Shown here: piece by piece, positions 26,378 through 35,646 of the stretch
Numbering within the stretch: position 1 is the stretch's first letter
Layout: each line of letters opens with the position of its first letter
Origin: Parachlamydiales bacterium
GTDB lineage: Bacteria; Chlamydiota; Chlamydiia; Chlamydiales; Parachlamydiaceae
Direction of reading: 5' to 3'
Assembly (NCBI GenBank): GCA_020051075.1
Contig: JAGVJP010000122.1
Coordinates: forward strand, 1 to 44,985
Length of the DNA: 44,985 nucleotides
Position numbers and translations under genes: made by a program
The notes under the pieces: generated by a model
Database searches by the model: none
Told to the model about the DNA's origin: nothing
Seen by the model: the letters and a program-made list of their open reading frames with translations, nothing else

Positions 26378-28453
26378 TTACTTATTTGAAGATTGAGAAG
26401 AGCGGGCTGGACGGAAACCGGTGAAAACATCTGAATAGTCGGGCGCAATGGCAAGCCGCTCTGAGACCCGCACTCCTTGTGCTAAGCTGTCATAGCATCC
26501 TCCCTTAACGACTTTATTTTGGTAGGGAGGCGCTGCCTCATTCCAACTGCTCACCCACTCCCAGACATTTCCACTCATATCATAAGCACCAGCAGGGCTT
26601 CTTGCATCGTTTGTTCGTATAGATGTCCGATCCTGTGCGGTTAATGGGAGCGTGTTGATTCCATTATAAAATCCAACCGGTTTCGTTAAAACTTTGAAAG
26701 GGCCTGAAGGGCGATCTCCTTCGCGGTAATTCGCCCAAGAGCGATCGATCGTATCTTGACCAAAGCCGTATTTATAGCGCCGCCCCTTTTTGTCGTCTTC
26801 TGCAAAAGACATCCCCGCAGCTTTTTCCCACTCAGCTTCAGTGGGAAGCCGCCATCCTTGGCTGAGGCAATAGCCGTTCGCACCATGCCATGTCACTTCG
26901 ATGACCGGAAAGTTCACTTTCCCAATCAGTGGAGTGAAATAGGGGCCGCCCCCTTCTTTTCTCCATGTCAGTTGTGAGAGAGGATCGGCATCCATGGTTT
27001 TACAGAGCAGCACCCCCTCCTTGTTAACGACATGGCCGATACGCTGGGGGTCCCAATTGGCGTCACCAGCTTTGAACGCTTGATTCAGCCATTCAGCATA
27101 TTGACCATTCGTCACTTCAAAAACGGCAATTTCAAAAGCAGGGATATCGACCTCTTTGGCAGGGCGCTCATTTTGACGGTCATCTGTGAAAGGATCTCCA
27201 ATAATCGCAGTGCCAGCAGGTACAGAAACAAAAGCTGTCCCTGCGATTGAGTTGATCATCTCTTCGACATCGCTTTGAACCGATTTTTTCTGCACTTGAA
27301 CGTCAGCCTCAGATGCCTTTGGCTCTACGTTGCGAGGAGAAGAAGGCGTTGGTTGGCTGATTTTCTTGAAATTGACTTTGATCCTCGTAGCAGCTCCTCC
27401 ATCAACATGAATGGTCTGCACAGATGGGGTCGCAACCAATTCAGGGTTCTGACTTGAAAATTCAATCACATAGTTGCCTGGATCAAGATCTTTGAAAGAA
27501 TAGCTGAATCCCTCCCCCTGACCAACCATCGTTCCTTCCTCGGTGGAGAGCTTATAATGCGCTTGCGACGTGTCAGAAGAGACTAACAAACTCCCATTCA
27601 GACGTGCTGGAGAAGGTTGAGAAGCCTCTCCCGGGCGGGGCTGCTCGTTTCTAAATCCCGCTGGGGGTAGCGGAGCAGGGCCAGGAGGCGGGGCTGGGAC
27701 GACCTGCTGCTGATAGAGGAGTTCCATCCGAATATTCTGTCCCGCCATCGCATCAAAAGGGACTGCAGGAGAGGTATAGAACCGATATCCAGGGATATCC
27801 TGTGCAATTAAATAATAATCTCTTCCCGCAGGAATGGAAACATTGGCAACAGAGCCGCGGTTTGCGTAGATGACCCTTCCATTAAGAACTAACTTCCATG
27901 TTGTATCTTGATTGCTTTTCAAAGAAAATGTCGCTCTCCCCATCCTCGACCCCATTCCAACAGTTGGCGGATAGGGAGGGGCCATAGGATTTGGCTGATT
28001 GAAAATCACCAATCCGACATTGGCGTCTTCCGGTTCTTCAGCAGTCGAAGGTGAAACCGGTGCTTCAGTCTCTCTAGGCTTTATCGTCTGGTCGATTTTA
28101 ACCACGTCTCCAGCAGATAGATTGACCTCGCGCGATATCGGCGGCTCGAAAAAACGGTCCGTATTTGGAATCAAGAATTCAATGCGATAATGGCCTGCTG
28201 GTAAATGTGTGATCACAACAGTACGCTCATTTTTCGTTTGCGTGTGCATGACAAACTCATCTCTTTTAGGATAGAGCGTCCGCTCTTTAGCATCGTTGAT
28301 CAGCCAAAAGCGGATGCGGTCCAACCTATTCCCCTCCGGCGTCGTCTGATAGGTGACGATGAGGGTCCCCTCATCAGGAAATAAAACCTGCCCAGAAAGA
28401 GGGCCAGTAAAAAAAAGAGCAGCAAACACACAAAAAATCCAAAGACCCTTCAC
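26378..28453 (-). CDS. Secreted protein with C-terminal SUMF1/FGE-sulfatase-like domain
   Basis: Signal peptide; beta-rich N-terminal domains; EVTNGQY, RLPTEAEWEKAA, GAYDMSGNVWEWV, KGG...GFR motifs. Confidence 0.88.
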   Translation of the reverse strand: MKGLWIFCVFAALFFTGPLSGQVLFPDEGTLIVTYQTTPEGNRLDRIRFWLINDAKERTLYPKRDEFVMHTQTKNERTVVITHLPAGHYRIEFLIPNTDRFFEPPISREVNLSAGDVVKIDQTIKPRETEAPVSPSTAEEPEDANVGLVIFNQPNPMAPPYPPTVGMGSRMGRATFSLKSNQDTTWKLVLNGRVIYANRGSVANVSIPAGRDYYLIAQDIPGYRFYTSPAVPFDAMAGQNIRMELLYQQQVVPAPPPGPAPLPPAGFRNEQPRPGEASQPSPARLNGSLLVSSDTSQAHYKLSTEEGTMVGQGEGFSYSFKDLDPGNYVIEFSSQNPELVATPSVQTIHVDGGAATRIKVNFKKISQPTPSSPRNVEPKASEADVQVQKKSVQSDVEEMINSIAGTAFVSVPAGTAIIGDPFTDDRQNERPAKEVDIPAFEIAVFEVTNGQYAEWLNQAFKAGDANWDPQRIGHVVNKEGVLLCKTMDADPLSQLTWRKEGGGPYFTPLIGKVNFPVIEVTWHGANGYCLSQGWRLPTEAEWEKAAGMSFAEDDKKGRRYKYGFGQDTIDRSWANYREGDRPSGPFKVLTKPVGFYNGINTLPLTAQDRTSIRTNDARSPAGAYDMSGNVWEWVSSWNEAAPPYQNKVVKGGCYDSLAQGVRVSERLAIAPDYSDVFTGFRPARSSQSSNK

Positions 28454-29742
28454 AACCCTCTCCTCTTTTGGTATGTATCGATGACTTCGCCCCTGTCGTT
28501 GATGCTTCTGATCAATTCCATCGTCGGTGTGAGCTTCACCTCAATAAAATTGCGCGACGCGGCAAACTTCGCAAGAAAATGGCGGCGAACGTTTGAACGG
28601 GGCTTCCGTGGCTCTTCGACCCCCCACCCGCCATCTCCGATATAGACAATCCCTTGTGGGTTGAATTTATTCCTCAAGAGCGGGAATGTTCGCTTATAAG
28701 CATGATCATGATGCTCAAAAGCAGTCTGGATTCCCCCATTCTCAAACAACGGCACCCAGTAGTGCCTGACCGCATTGCTTGTAGAATTATAATACCGTCT
28801 CACAGAAGGGTAAGCGGGAACATGATAAGCAGCAAAACGGTATAACCTATCCGCACGCTGTGCTAACGTTTCTTTCAGCCAGGCTGTCTGCTTGCCTGAA
28901 ATCGGATTCGCGTGGCCTGTGTCTAACAGAAAAATCGAGAGATAGGAGCCTACGTCAAACACAGTGTATATCTGCCCCCTCGATAAAGGAAAAAGGGCCG
29001 AAAAAATCGCTGCTTCGTGAGGCGTTTGCCCATATTGCCCAATCAAGTCATGGTTGCCAATCGCTGCAATGACTGGGACTAAGTAGCCTTGCGGCGTCAC
29101 CATTGTCGCATGCCACGACTTAATCCACTCAATCCAACGATCGATTTTTTGAGGATGGTTTGGAGAGTGTCCAGAAACAGAATAGGCGATGTCTCCGCCA
29201 ATGAGGGCAAAGGCAGGCTCGGTCAAAGCGGCTTGCCTGCTGACCTTCTCCATGATGTCGATCCCATCATGGTACATGTCACCCCCTTCAACAAAAGTGA
29301 ATCCTTCTTCAGGCAGTCTTTCAGGCAATGTATGAAAACGAAACTCCTGATCGGATGCTTCCGCCATGAAAACATGTGAGCTGCCGGGCTTCAGATTCTT
29401 CATCGTGACACGATGGATCAGGTAATCAGCAGCAAATGGAAACTTGAGCACCCTCCCCTCAACCCTTATCCATGGACAGGGTTCACCTAAGGGGCGCATA
29501 TAAACAACACTCCCTTGCTGATTAGCTCCCGTGATCCATTGGACCGTCATCGTCGTCTCAGGCTGGGACTCCCAGGTCAGGTAGAGTGTCTCCGTCCCTA
29601 AATCGGAAAAACCGTCGACAGCAAATAGAATAAAAATCACCGAAAGCAGCGGCAGGCAGCCAGAATTCACCCTTTTCAAAAAGAGAAGCAAGCCCTTCCA
29701 CCTCCCTGCATCACCGCTCTTAAGTTTATTCAAACTGACCAA
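28450..29742 (-). CDS. Purple acid phosphatase-like metallophosphoesterase with N-terminal FN3-like domain
   Basis: GGD, GGDIAY, IGNHD, YHVPAYPS and HHDHAYKR motifs; true start may be downstream of the listed one. Confidence 0.88.
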   Translation of the reverse strand: MVSLNKLKSGDAGRWKGLLLFLKRVNSGCLPLLSVIFILFAVDGFSDLGTETLYLTWESQPETTMTVQWITGANQQGSVVYMRPLGEPCPWIRVEGRVLKFPFAADYLIHRVTMKNLKPGSSHVFMAEASDQEFRFHTLPERLPEEGFTFVEGGDMYHDGIDIMEKVSRQAALTEPAFALIGGDIAYSVSGHSPNHPQKIDRWIEWIKSWHATMVTPQGYLVPVIAAIGNHDLIGQYGQTPHEAAIFSALFPLSRGQIYTVFDVGSYLSIFLLDTGHANPISGKQTAWLKETLAQRADRLYRFAAYHVPAYPSVRRYYNSTSNAVRHYWVPLFENGGIQTAFEHHDHAYKRTFPLLRNKFNPQGIVYIGDGGWGVEEPRKPRSNVRRHFLAKFAASRNFIEVKLTPTMELIRSINDRGEVIDTYQKRRGL

Positions 29743-31576
29743 CCGCTTCCTGTGTCAATGCCTCCAGCAGATGGCTCGTCCGTTCGACAAACTCTTGCAG
29801 ATCGTGGTGATCCATCTCACGATGAGAGAGAAGTGCAAGGTGATAAACCTCCCACGACAACCCTTTTGCAAGCTCGGGATTCTTCTTCTCAAGCCGGCTG
29901 ATGGCATTGATCAAAGGATTATTGGTGTTGATGATCAAAGTTTTCTTCCCAAACAACGACTGCTGACCGCCCCTCTCTTCCGGATTCAGCCGCAGAAAAT
30001 AATCTCTCATCCGCCGCTGTTGTTCATCCATCGTGATCATCGCCGGCAGAGAGTCAGAAGCAAGACTTTTCGCCTCAACGTCAACGTTTTGATCGTTTAG
30101 ATAGGCTCGGAATAAGTCTGCCATCTGCACCGCTTCGGTTTTCCCTTCAGCATCGAGGATCGTTTTCTCACGGCTCTTATCGACGATATCTTCATGAACC
30201 TCCGCATCGATGCGCTGAAAATGAACCGGTGAAAGCTTCTTCTCCAGATTCTGCATCACATAGGGGTCGAAAGGGCTATTGGCACAGAGGACCTGTATCC
30301 CCTTATCCCGGAATATCTTTAAAACAGCCCCCCCATGCTTCTCGTCAATGGTGTAAAACACTTTATCTTTAGTCAAATGGCGATTCGCTTCCAGATACTC
30401 TTCGACCGTCATCCAATTAGAATCGGTATCTTTCCAGATCAAGAAATCTTTCGCCTTCTCATAGAATTTTTCATCTTCGAGGATCCCCAGCTTCACCACC
30501 GAACCTGCGTCGGCCCAGCCTGCAATGAAACGGCTCCGATCGGTCTTATAAAGTGCAGAGAGGCTGTCAGCCACTTTCTTCGAGATATGACCCGAAAGCT
30601 GCCGGACAGTGCGGTCGACCTGTAAATAGCTGCGCGACACATTCAAAGGAATGTCAGGGCTGTCGATGACCCCCTTCAACATCATCAGATAGTTGGGGAT
30701 AATATCTTTGCAGCTATCCGAAACAAAAACCCGGTTGCAATACAAACTCACATTGCTCTTTTCCATGTCATAGTTATGGCGGATCTTCGGGAAGTAGAGA
30801 ATCCCTTTCAAACGGAAAGGGTAATCGACATTCAGATGGACCCAAAACAAGGGAGCTTCATCAGAAGGGTAAAGATGCTGATAGAATTTGAGATAATCCT
30901 GCTCAGAACATTCCGACGGAGCTTTGATCCATAGAGGAGGGTGGGTGTTAATGAGTTTGCCGTCCAGATAGATCGGATAGGGGAGATAGGAGCAATAATG
31001 CCGTAGAATCTTCTCGACGTAATGGCTATTCAAACACTCGTCATGCTCCTCGCCAACGTGGAGAATGATATCGGTCCCCCGCTCCTTCCTTGTTCCCTCG
31101 ACAATCTCATAGTCAGAGGAGCCGTCGCAACTCCATAATACCGGCTGTGCATTCGACTGATAAGAGAGGGTGTCCACCTCAACCCTATCGGCAACCATAT
31201 AAGAAGAATAGAATCCTAAGCCGAAGTGGCCAATCATCTGATCCAGCTCATTGTTAGACTGGTATTTGCTCACGAATTCTTCCGCACCTGAAAAAGCTAT
31301 CTGGGCGATATATTTTTTAACCTCTTCGGCATCCATTCCAATGCCATTATCGGAAAAAGTGAGCGTCTTCTTCTCTTGATCTATCCGCACATCGATACGG
31401 AAGTCCTGGTCATTGCACTCGACCTCACCCTTGTCTCGCAGAAGCCGCGTTTTCTGTATCGCATCGCACGAATTGGAAACAAGCTCCCGAACAAAGATAT
31501 CTCGATCGGAATAGAGCCATTTTTTTATGATAGGTAAAATATTTTCGCTATGTATTTGCAATGAACCTTTTTCCAT
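29726..31576 (-). CDS. htpG: Molecular chaperone HtpG (Hsp90)
   Basis: LYSDRDIFVRELVSN, DNGIGM, IGHFGLGFYS, GVIDSPDIPLNVSR; probable ATG at 31576. Confidence 0.97.
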   Translation of the reverse strand: MEKGSLQIHSENILPIIKKWLYSDRDIFVRELVSNSCDAIQKTRLLRDKGEVECNDQDFRIDVRIDQEKKTLTFSDNGIGMDAEEVKKYIAQIAFSGAEEFVSKYQSNNELDQMIGHFGLGFYSSYMVADRVEVDTLSYQSNAQPVLWSCDGSSDYEIVEGTRKERGTDIILHVGEEHDECLNSHYVEKILRHYCSYLPYPIYLDGKLINTHPPLWIKAPSECSEQDYLKFYQHLYPSDEAPLFWVHLNVDYPFRLKGILYFPKIRHNYDMEKSNVSLYCNRVFVSDSCKDIIPNYLMMLKGVIDSPDIPLNVSRSYLQVDRTVRQLSGHISKKVADSLSALYKTDRSRFIAGWADAGSVVKLGILEDEKFYEKAKDFLIWKDTDSNWMTVEEYLEANRHLTKDKVFYTIDEKHGGAVLKIFRDKGIQVLCANSPFDPYVMQNLEKKLSPVHFQRIDAEVHEDIVDKSREKTILDAEGKTEAVQMADLFRAYLNDQNVDVEAKSLASDSLPAMITMDEQQRRMRDYFLRLNPEERGGQQSLFGKKTLIINTNNPLINAISRLEKKNPELAKGLSWEVYHLALLSHREMDHHDLQEFVERTSHLLEALTQEAVGQFE

Positions 31577-31686
31577 CTTCAACCATCCTATTAAAAATTT
31601 ATCCCAGCATCGATGCTGATGCTGGTGAGGATAGATTTTAGGTTTTCTAATTTTTATGTCAAGAGATTGGTAGGGTTAATGCTTGA

Positions 31687-31791
31687 TCCTAAGTAACACT
31701 ATCCTGCCCTATCTTTCCTATCCTTCCCATCCTGTAAAATTGACAGGATGTGGAGGATAGGAAAGATAGGGCAGGATAGTGTTACTCAGGA
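31687..31791. repeat. Near-perfect 105-bp hairpin, family E
   Basis: AGTAACACTATCCTGCCCTATCTTTCCTATCCT...CATCCTGT pairs with ACAGGATG...AGGATAGGAAAGATAGGGCAGGATAGTGTTACT. Confidence 0.92.
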
Positions 31792-31886
31792 GTGCGGAAG
31801 ACCTTTAAGCCTTCTTCGACTTGGCAATGGTCAATTTTGACAGGTTCGCCTCGCCAGGATTTCTCCTGGCTTCGCGAAGCTTTAAA

Positions 31887-34142
31887 TTATGGTGATGTAG
31901 GAGGAATAAAGGAAGCTACTATTGGTGCCGTTCCTGTTAAACCTAAATTTTCTAATAATTCACGGTTATCCGCTTCAATCGCTGCTAACCTCGCCTGCGT
32001 TTGCTGCAGTTTCTGCAGATCTTCCGCAGTAAGCGTTACAGTAGGACTAATGACCAGATCGGTTACCAGCACAGCTACCATTGCATCGACCGTTCTTTTC
32101 AGTTCAGCAAGTTCGTCGTATTCTCTTCTAAATTCAGCGAGCTGTTTTGACATCTTTTCAGACAAGGTGTCAAATTTTGTTTGAATTTTGTCGAATTTAC
32201 GTTGTGCAGAAGCCACTTGACGATCCAACTGGTTGGGCAATTGTCTCAAAGCATCACCTGCTTGGCGATGTTCCTCTTGTTTTGCTCGAGCCTCCCGATC
32301 GTAGCTAGTAACCACACTTTTTAAACGGGTGCGCTCAGCTTTTATTCCGTCTAAGTTAGTTCGAGCAGCTTGCTTCCGATCCTGCGCAGTTATATAACGA
32401 TTATATGCGGCCGTGTGTTCAGGGCTCCCACCTATCTCTGACGGAGGGAGTCTTCCCCTAGCTTCTGTTGCATCTCTCAACTCTTGATCTGCATCTTCTT
32501 TTTCCCTCATCGCCGCCTCATAGGTCGGCTGCTGGGCAGCGACAGCTGCTCGAGCCGCTGTAAGTTGCCCATTCAGCGCATCGGCCTCTGTTTGCAATCG
32601 GTCCACATTACTTTGTGCTGTTGCTAGTTCAGTCGTCTTTAGTTGTTCTGCGGCAACGACTGCATTGTGAGCCTGAACATAAGCTTTGATCTTTGGAATC
32701 GATTCCCACTCGGGCCTAAGAGCTACCTCAGTCTTTGGAATCGTTGGAGTTGTTGGAGTTGTTGAAATTTTACCACCAGCGGCGCCTACCGCGTCAAAAG
32801 CCTCAGAATAAGCTTTGAAGGTGCCAACGTCAGAGCTCTCTCGATTACCGAAGAGTCCATTGAATCGCATAAAGGATTTCTTTTTCGTCTCTTCAAGTTC
32901 TTTCTCTTTCTTCTCAATATCTTTGACAAACGTATCAACCGTGAGGTGTTTAGCCCCTATCCGATTCATTACGACATCCCGTCCTCCGGTGCCCCTGATG
33001 GCATAGGAGGCCCCTTTTTGCAGCATCTCCGACTTAGACTGATAGGTCACACGACGCACATTGCGTTCGGTTCCTTTGATTCGTTTTCCTTTGAATGTAT
33101 AACTTGCGGCTTCCGTCGTTGGAAGTGGTAAGTTAATGTTTGTTGTTCTCCCTTTAATGGATTTGAGTCCTGTAAATTGACCTGTCTTTTTATCTTTGTC
33201 AAAATCCAAAAGAAACGTCGACTCACGCTGCAATGTTGCGTCGGTTCCATTCGCGGAGTCGATGACCCCTTTCTTAATCGCATCGATGATCTGTAAAGCT
33301 TGTTTGGGATCTACCGCATTGGTATAGATCGTCTTTGTCACTTCAACTCTACCACGAACAGTAGGCGGTGTCGCGCTAACATCATAATTAGTAACCACAA
33401 AAGTGACGTCCATTTTATAACAAGGTGTTCCACGATTATCCCAAGTATCAAGATCATACTTGCCGCTAGCGTCTCTTGCCATCTTTGAACCGATGGTGGT
33501 ATTGCCTGCACCATACATCGTTTCCATATGCCCTTTAACTTGATTCAATACATTACCAGGCATTCCATTGGCATTAATTGTAGTTGCATTAGCTTGAATA
33601 TCAGCAAGTGTCGTTGTTCCAGGCCTAACTGTAAACGTTGGTCCTGTTGGAGCTGCCGCTCCAGTTCCTACCGCTGCTGGAGTTGCTGCTGTTCCTGGAA
33701 CCGCTTCGACTACTACCGCTGGTGTAGTTGCTGCTGTGGTTGGTGCTGCTTCTGGAACCGCTTCGACTACTACCGCTGGTGTAGTTGCTGCTGTGGTTGG
33801 TGCTGCTTCTGGAACCGCTTCGACTACTACCGCTGGTAGTGATGAATCCTCCAAGGTTGTATCTGATCCGCCACTGGGGGACAATACTCCGCTAGCTAGA
33901 ACATCCACACTCCCAACTATAGGTGAGGCTTCTGGGCTACTGGAACTTGCAATTCTGGATGAAGACAACGGCTCACCACTTGGGCTATCCGTATGGGTTA
34001 TAACTTCTCGTCCGATAACGTCTACCGCAGCTTCTTCGGTGGTCTTTGCTCTTACTGGAGTCGGTGGAGCTAAACCTCCAGCTATGCTACCGGGCCGCTC
34101 TGCACTCGGTGGGTTTAATAGAGATGATGATTCTGTAGCCAT
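31887..34142 (-). CDS. Hypothetical low-complexity/coiled-coil protein, candidate effector
   Basis: Probable start MATESSS at 34142 after AAGGAGG; Ser/Thr/Ala-rich N-terminus, 19-aa repeats, long C-terminal coiled coil. Confidence 0.7.
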   Translation of the reverse strand: MATESSSLLNPPSAERPGSIAGGLAPPTPVRAKTTEEAAVDVIGREVITHTDSPSGEPLSSSRIASSSSPEASPIVGSVDVLASGVLSPSGGSDTTLEDSSLPAVVVEAVPEAAPTTAATTPAVVVEAVPEAAPTTAATTPAVVVEAVPGTAATPAAVGTGAAAPTGPTFTVRPGTTTLADIQANATTINANGMPGNVLNQVKGHMETMYGAGNTTIGSKMARDASGKYDLDTWDNRGTPCYKMDVTFVVTNYDVSATPPTVRGRVEVTKTIYTNAVDPKQALQIIDAIKKGVIDSANGTDATLQRESTFLLDFDKDKKTGQFTGLKSIKGRTTNINLPLPTTEAASYTFKGKRIKGTERNVRRVTYQSKSEMLQKGASYAIRGTGGRDVVMNRIGAKHLTVDTFVKDIEKKEKELEETKKKSFMRFNGLFGNRESSDVGTFKAYSEAFDAVGAAGGKISTTPTTPTIPKTEVALRPEWESIPKIKAYVQAHNAVVAAEQLKTTELATAQSNVDRLQTEADALNGQLTAARAAVAAQQPTYEAAMREKEDADQELRDATEARGRLPPSEIGGSPEHTAAYNRYITAQDRKQAARTNLDGIKAERTRLKSVVTSYDREARAKQEEHRQAGDALRQLPNQLDRQVASAQRKFDKIQTKFDTLSEKMSKQLAEFRREYDELAELKRTVDAMVAVLVTDLVISPTVTLTAEDLQKLQQTQARLAAIEADNRELLENLGLTGTAPIVASFIPPTSP
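33697..33837 (-). repeat. 57-bp exact tandem repeat, about 2.5 copies
   Basis: Copies start at 33697, 33754 and 33811; encodes PAVVVEAVPEAAPTTAATT. Confidence 0.92.
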
Positions 34143-34396
34143 AAACGCCCTCCTTAGGATGGTCTCAAAATAGATTGAAAGGATGTCGAACAAGTCGACA
34201 CGAATCCTTTTTGATAACTATTATTTGTATTAAACTTAACCTTATTATAAACAATAAAACGAATTAAGTAAATAACATAACAAATCAACTGCAAACCTTA
34301 ACTCAATGTAATTAAATAAATAACATTTTCTTTAAAATTAAAATCATCAAACGAATCCCCTAAATCATTGTTTACTAGTGTTATTCCAAAAAAATC

Positions 34397-34903
34397 AAAG
34401 GGACCTAAGGGAAAGAGTCAAGGGACCTCAAGAGATATTTGCAAAAGTCCTTATTGAGCACAGGCACGATAGGGAACAATCGGGCACGGAGGGGGCACGC
34501 ATCTATTACCTATTTGCGAGACCTGAAAGGGCGGCATAAAGTTATGGGTAATAAGGTCCGGGCAGCGGCATGAAAGGACTTCTGCAATTACTTCAAATGG
34601 ACAATGGACGAATATGGACTATATGGACAGGTATGGACATGTTTTGGGGGTTAATCTATTTTTGTCCATATCCGTCCATATAGTCCATACCTGTCCATAT
34701 AGTCCATTGTCCATTAAAGCTTCTGGAATGATGATCTCTTCTGCATGGTCACGAAAGAACGTTTTCTATGCAAAACCACCCACACACAAAGTTCTGAGCA
34801 CACCCTTTTCTTTGTGCCTTGGCGTCTTCTTTGCGTCTTTGCGTTAAAAAAGAAAAACCTCACAGAGCGAAAGAGCTTTAATGAGCTCTTGACCACTGTG
34901 AGG
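34397..34903. repeat. Mosaic of REP-like elements (families I, B, H, A, G, F, D)
   Basis: AGGGACCTAAGGG; TTGCAAAAGTCCTT (34439)/AAGGACTTCTGCAA (34574); GGGCACG; CCTGAAAGGGCGG; ATGGAC/GTCCAT array 34596-34715; CTTTGCGTCTTTGCGTT; CCTCACAG...CTGTGAGG. Confidence 0.8.
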
Positions 34904-34968
34904 TCGAGAAAAGTGACTAACGGCCAATAGTGCCGCCTATCAATAAAAAAACTGGATGAAACAAACAA

Positions 34969-35394
34969 TTAAGCGTTGTTGATTTTCTCTTCAACGAAGG
35001 CTTTAATTCTTTGCATATCTCTATCTAACTTCTCATAAATTGCATCGACCAGCCACTGCTTCTTAGAGTAGCTTCTACGGAACTTGCGAATCAGAGCAAC
35101 TCTCTTTTCTAAGTCCTCAAATACTTCTGGAGAAACTTTAAGAGAAATTGTCTTTTGTTTAAGGGATTGATCTAGATCGACGTTTTTATCATTGTCAAGC
35201 TTTTCTTTAATCGCTTGTTCAATCCACTCATCTCGATTTCTAATCGAGTTATCAAGGCACTTCAATTGTCGAATATGCTTTGATAAACATCTGAAAAGAT
35301 GTTCTCCCACATTTAAGGAGATGTTTTTAAGTCTAGACAACATTAATAAATTTTGTGTTAATTCTTTTTCTTTTTCCACTTGTTTACCCCTCAC
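34969..35394 (-). CDS. Small protein with two ribbon-helix-helix-like repeats
   Basis: ISLNVGEHLFRCL...WIEQAIKEKLD and ISLKVSPEVFEDL...WLVDAIYEKLD. Confidence 0.55.
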   Translation of the reverse strand: MRGKQVEKEKELTQNLLMLSRLKNISLNVGEHLFRCLSKHIRQLKCLDNSIRNRDEWIEQAIKEKLDNDKNVDLDQSLKQKTISLKVSPEVFEDLEKRVALIRKFRRSYSKKQWLVDAIYEKLDRDMQRIKAFVEEKINNA

Positions 35395-35646
35395 GGCGTT
35401 TTTTGTTTCGGAAAAGATAACCGATTATGATAGGAAAATGATGAAGAATTTTTTAAGAACAGGTAAAGAGATTTATCAAATTAAAACTTAATCTTACATA
35501 ACATATATTGTGCGACAACATTGCTATTTAACACATATACAAATTCATTTCATATGCTATAAAAATTCTATTAATTTTTGTTTTCAATAAAATATGCCCA
35601 AGGAGTATGCTGATGTCAAGAAAATTGTAGATGAGTAGGTATACTT

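Noticed and set aside
34614..34968. Short ORFs 34614-34847, 34714-34968 and 34745-34930
   Set aside because: Translations of the repeat mosaic
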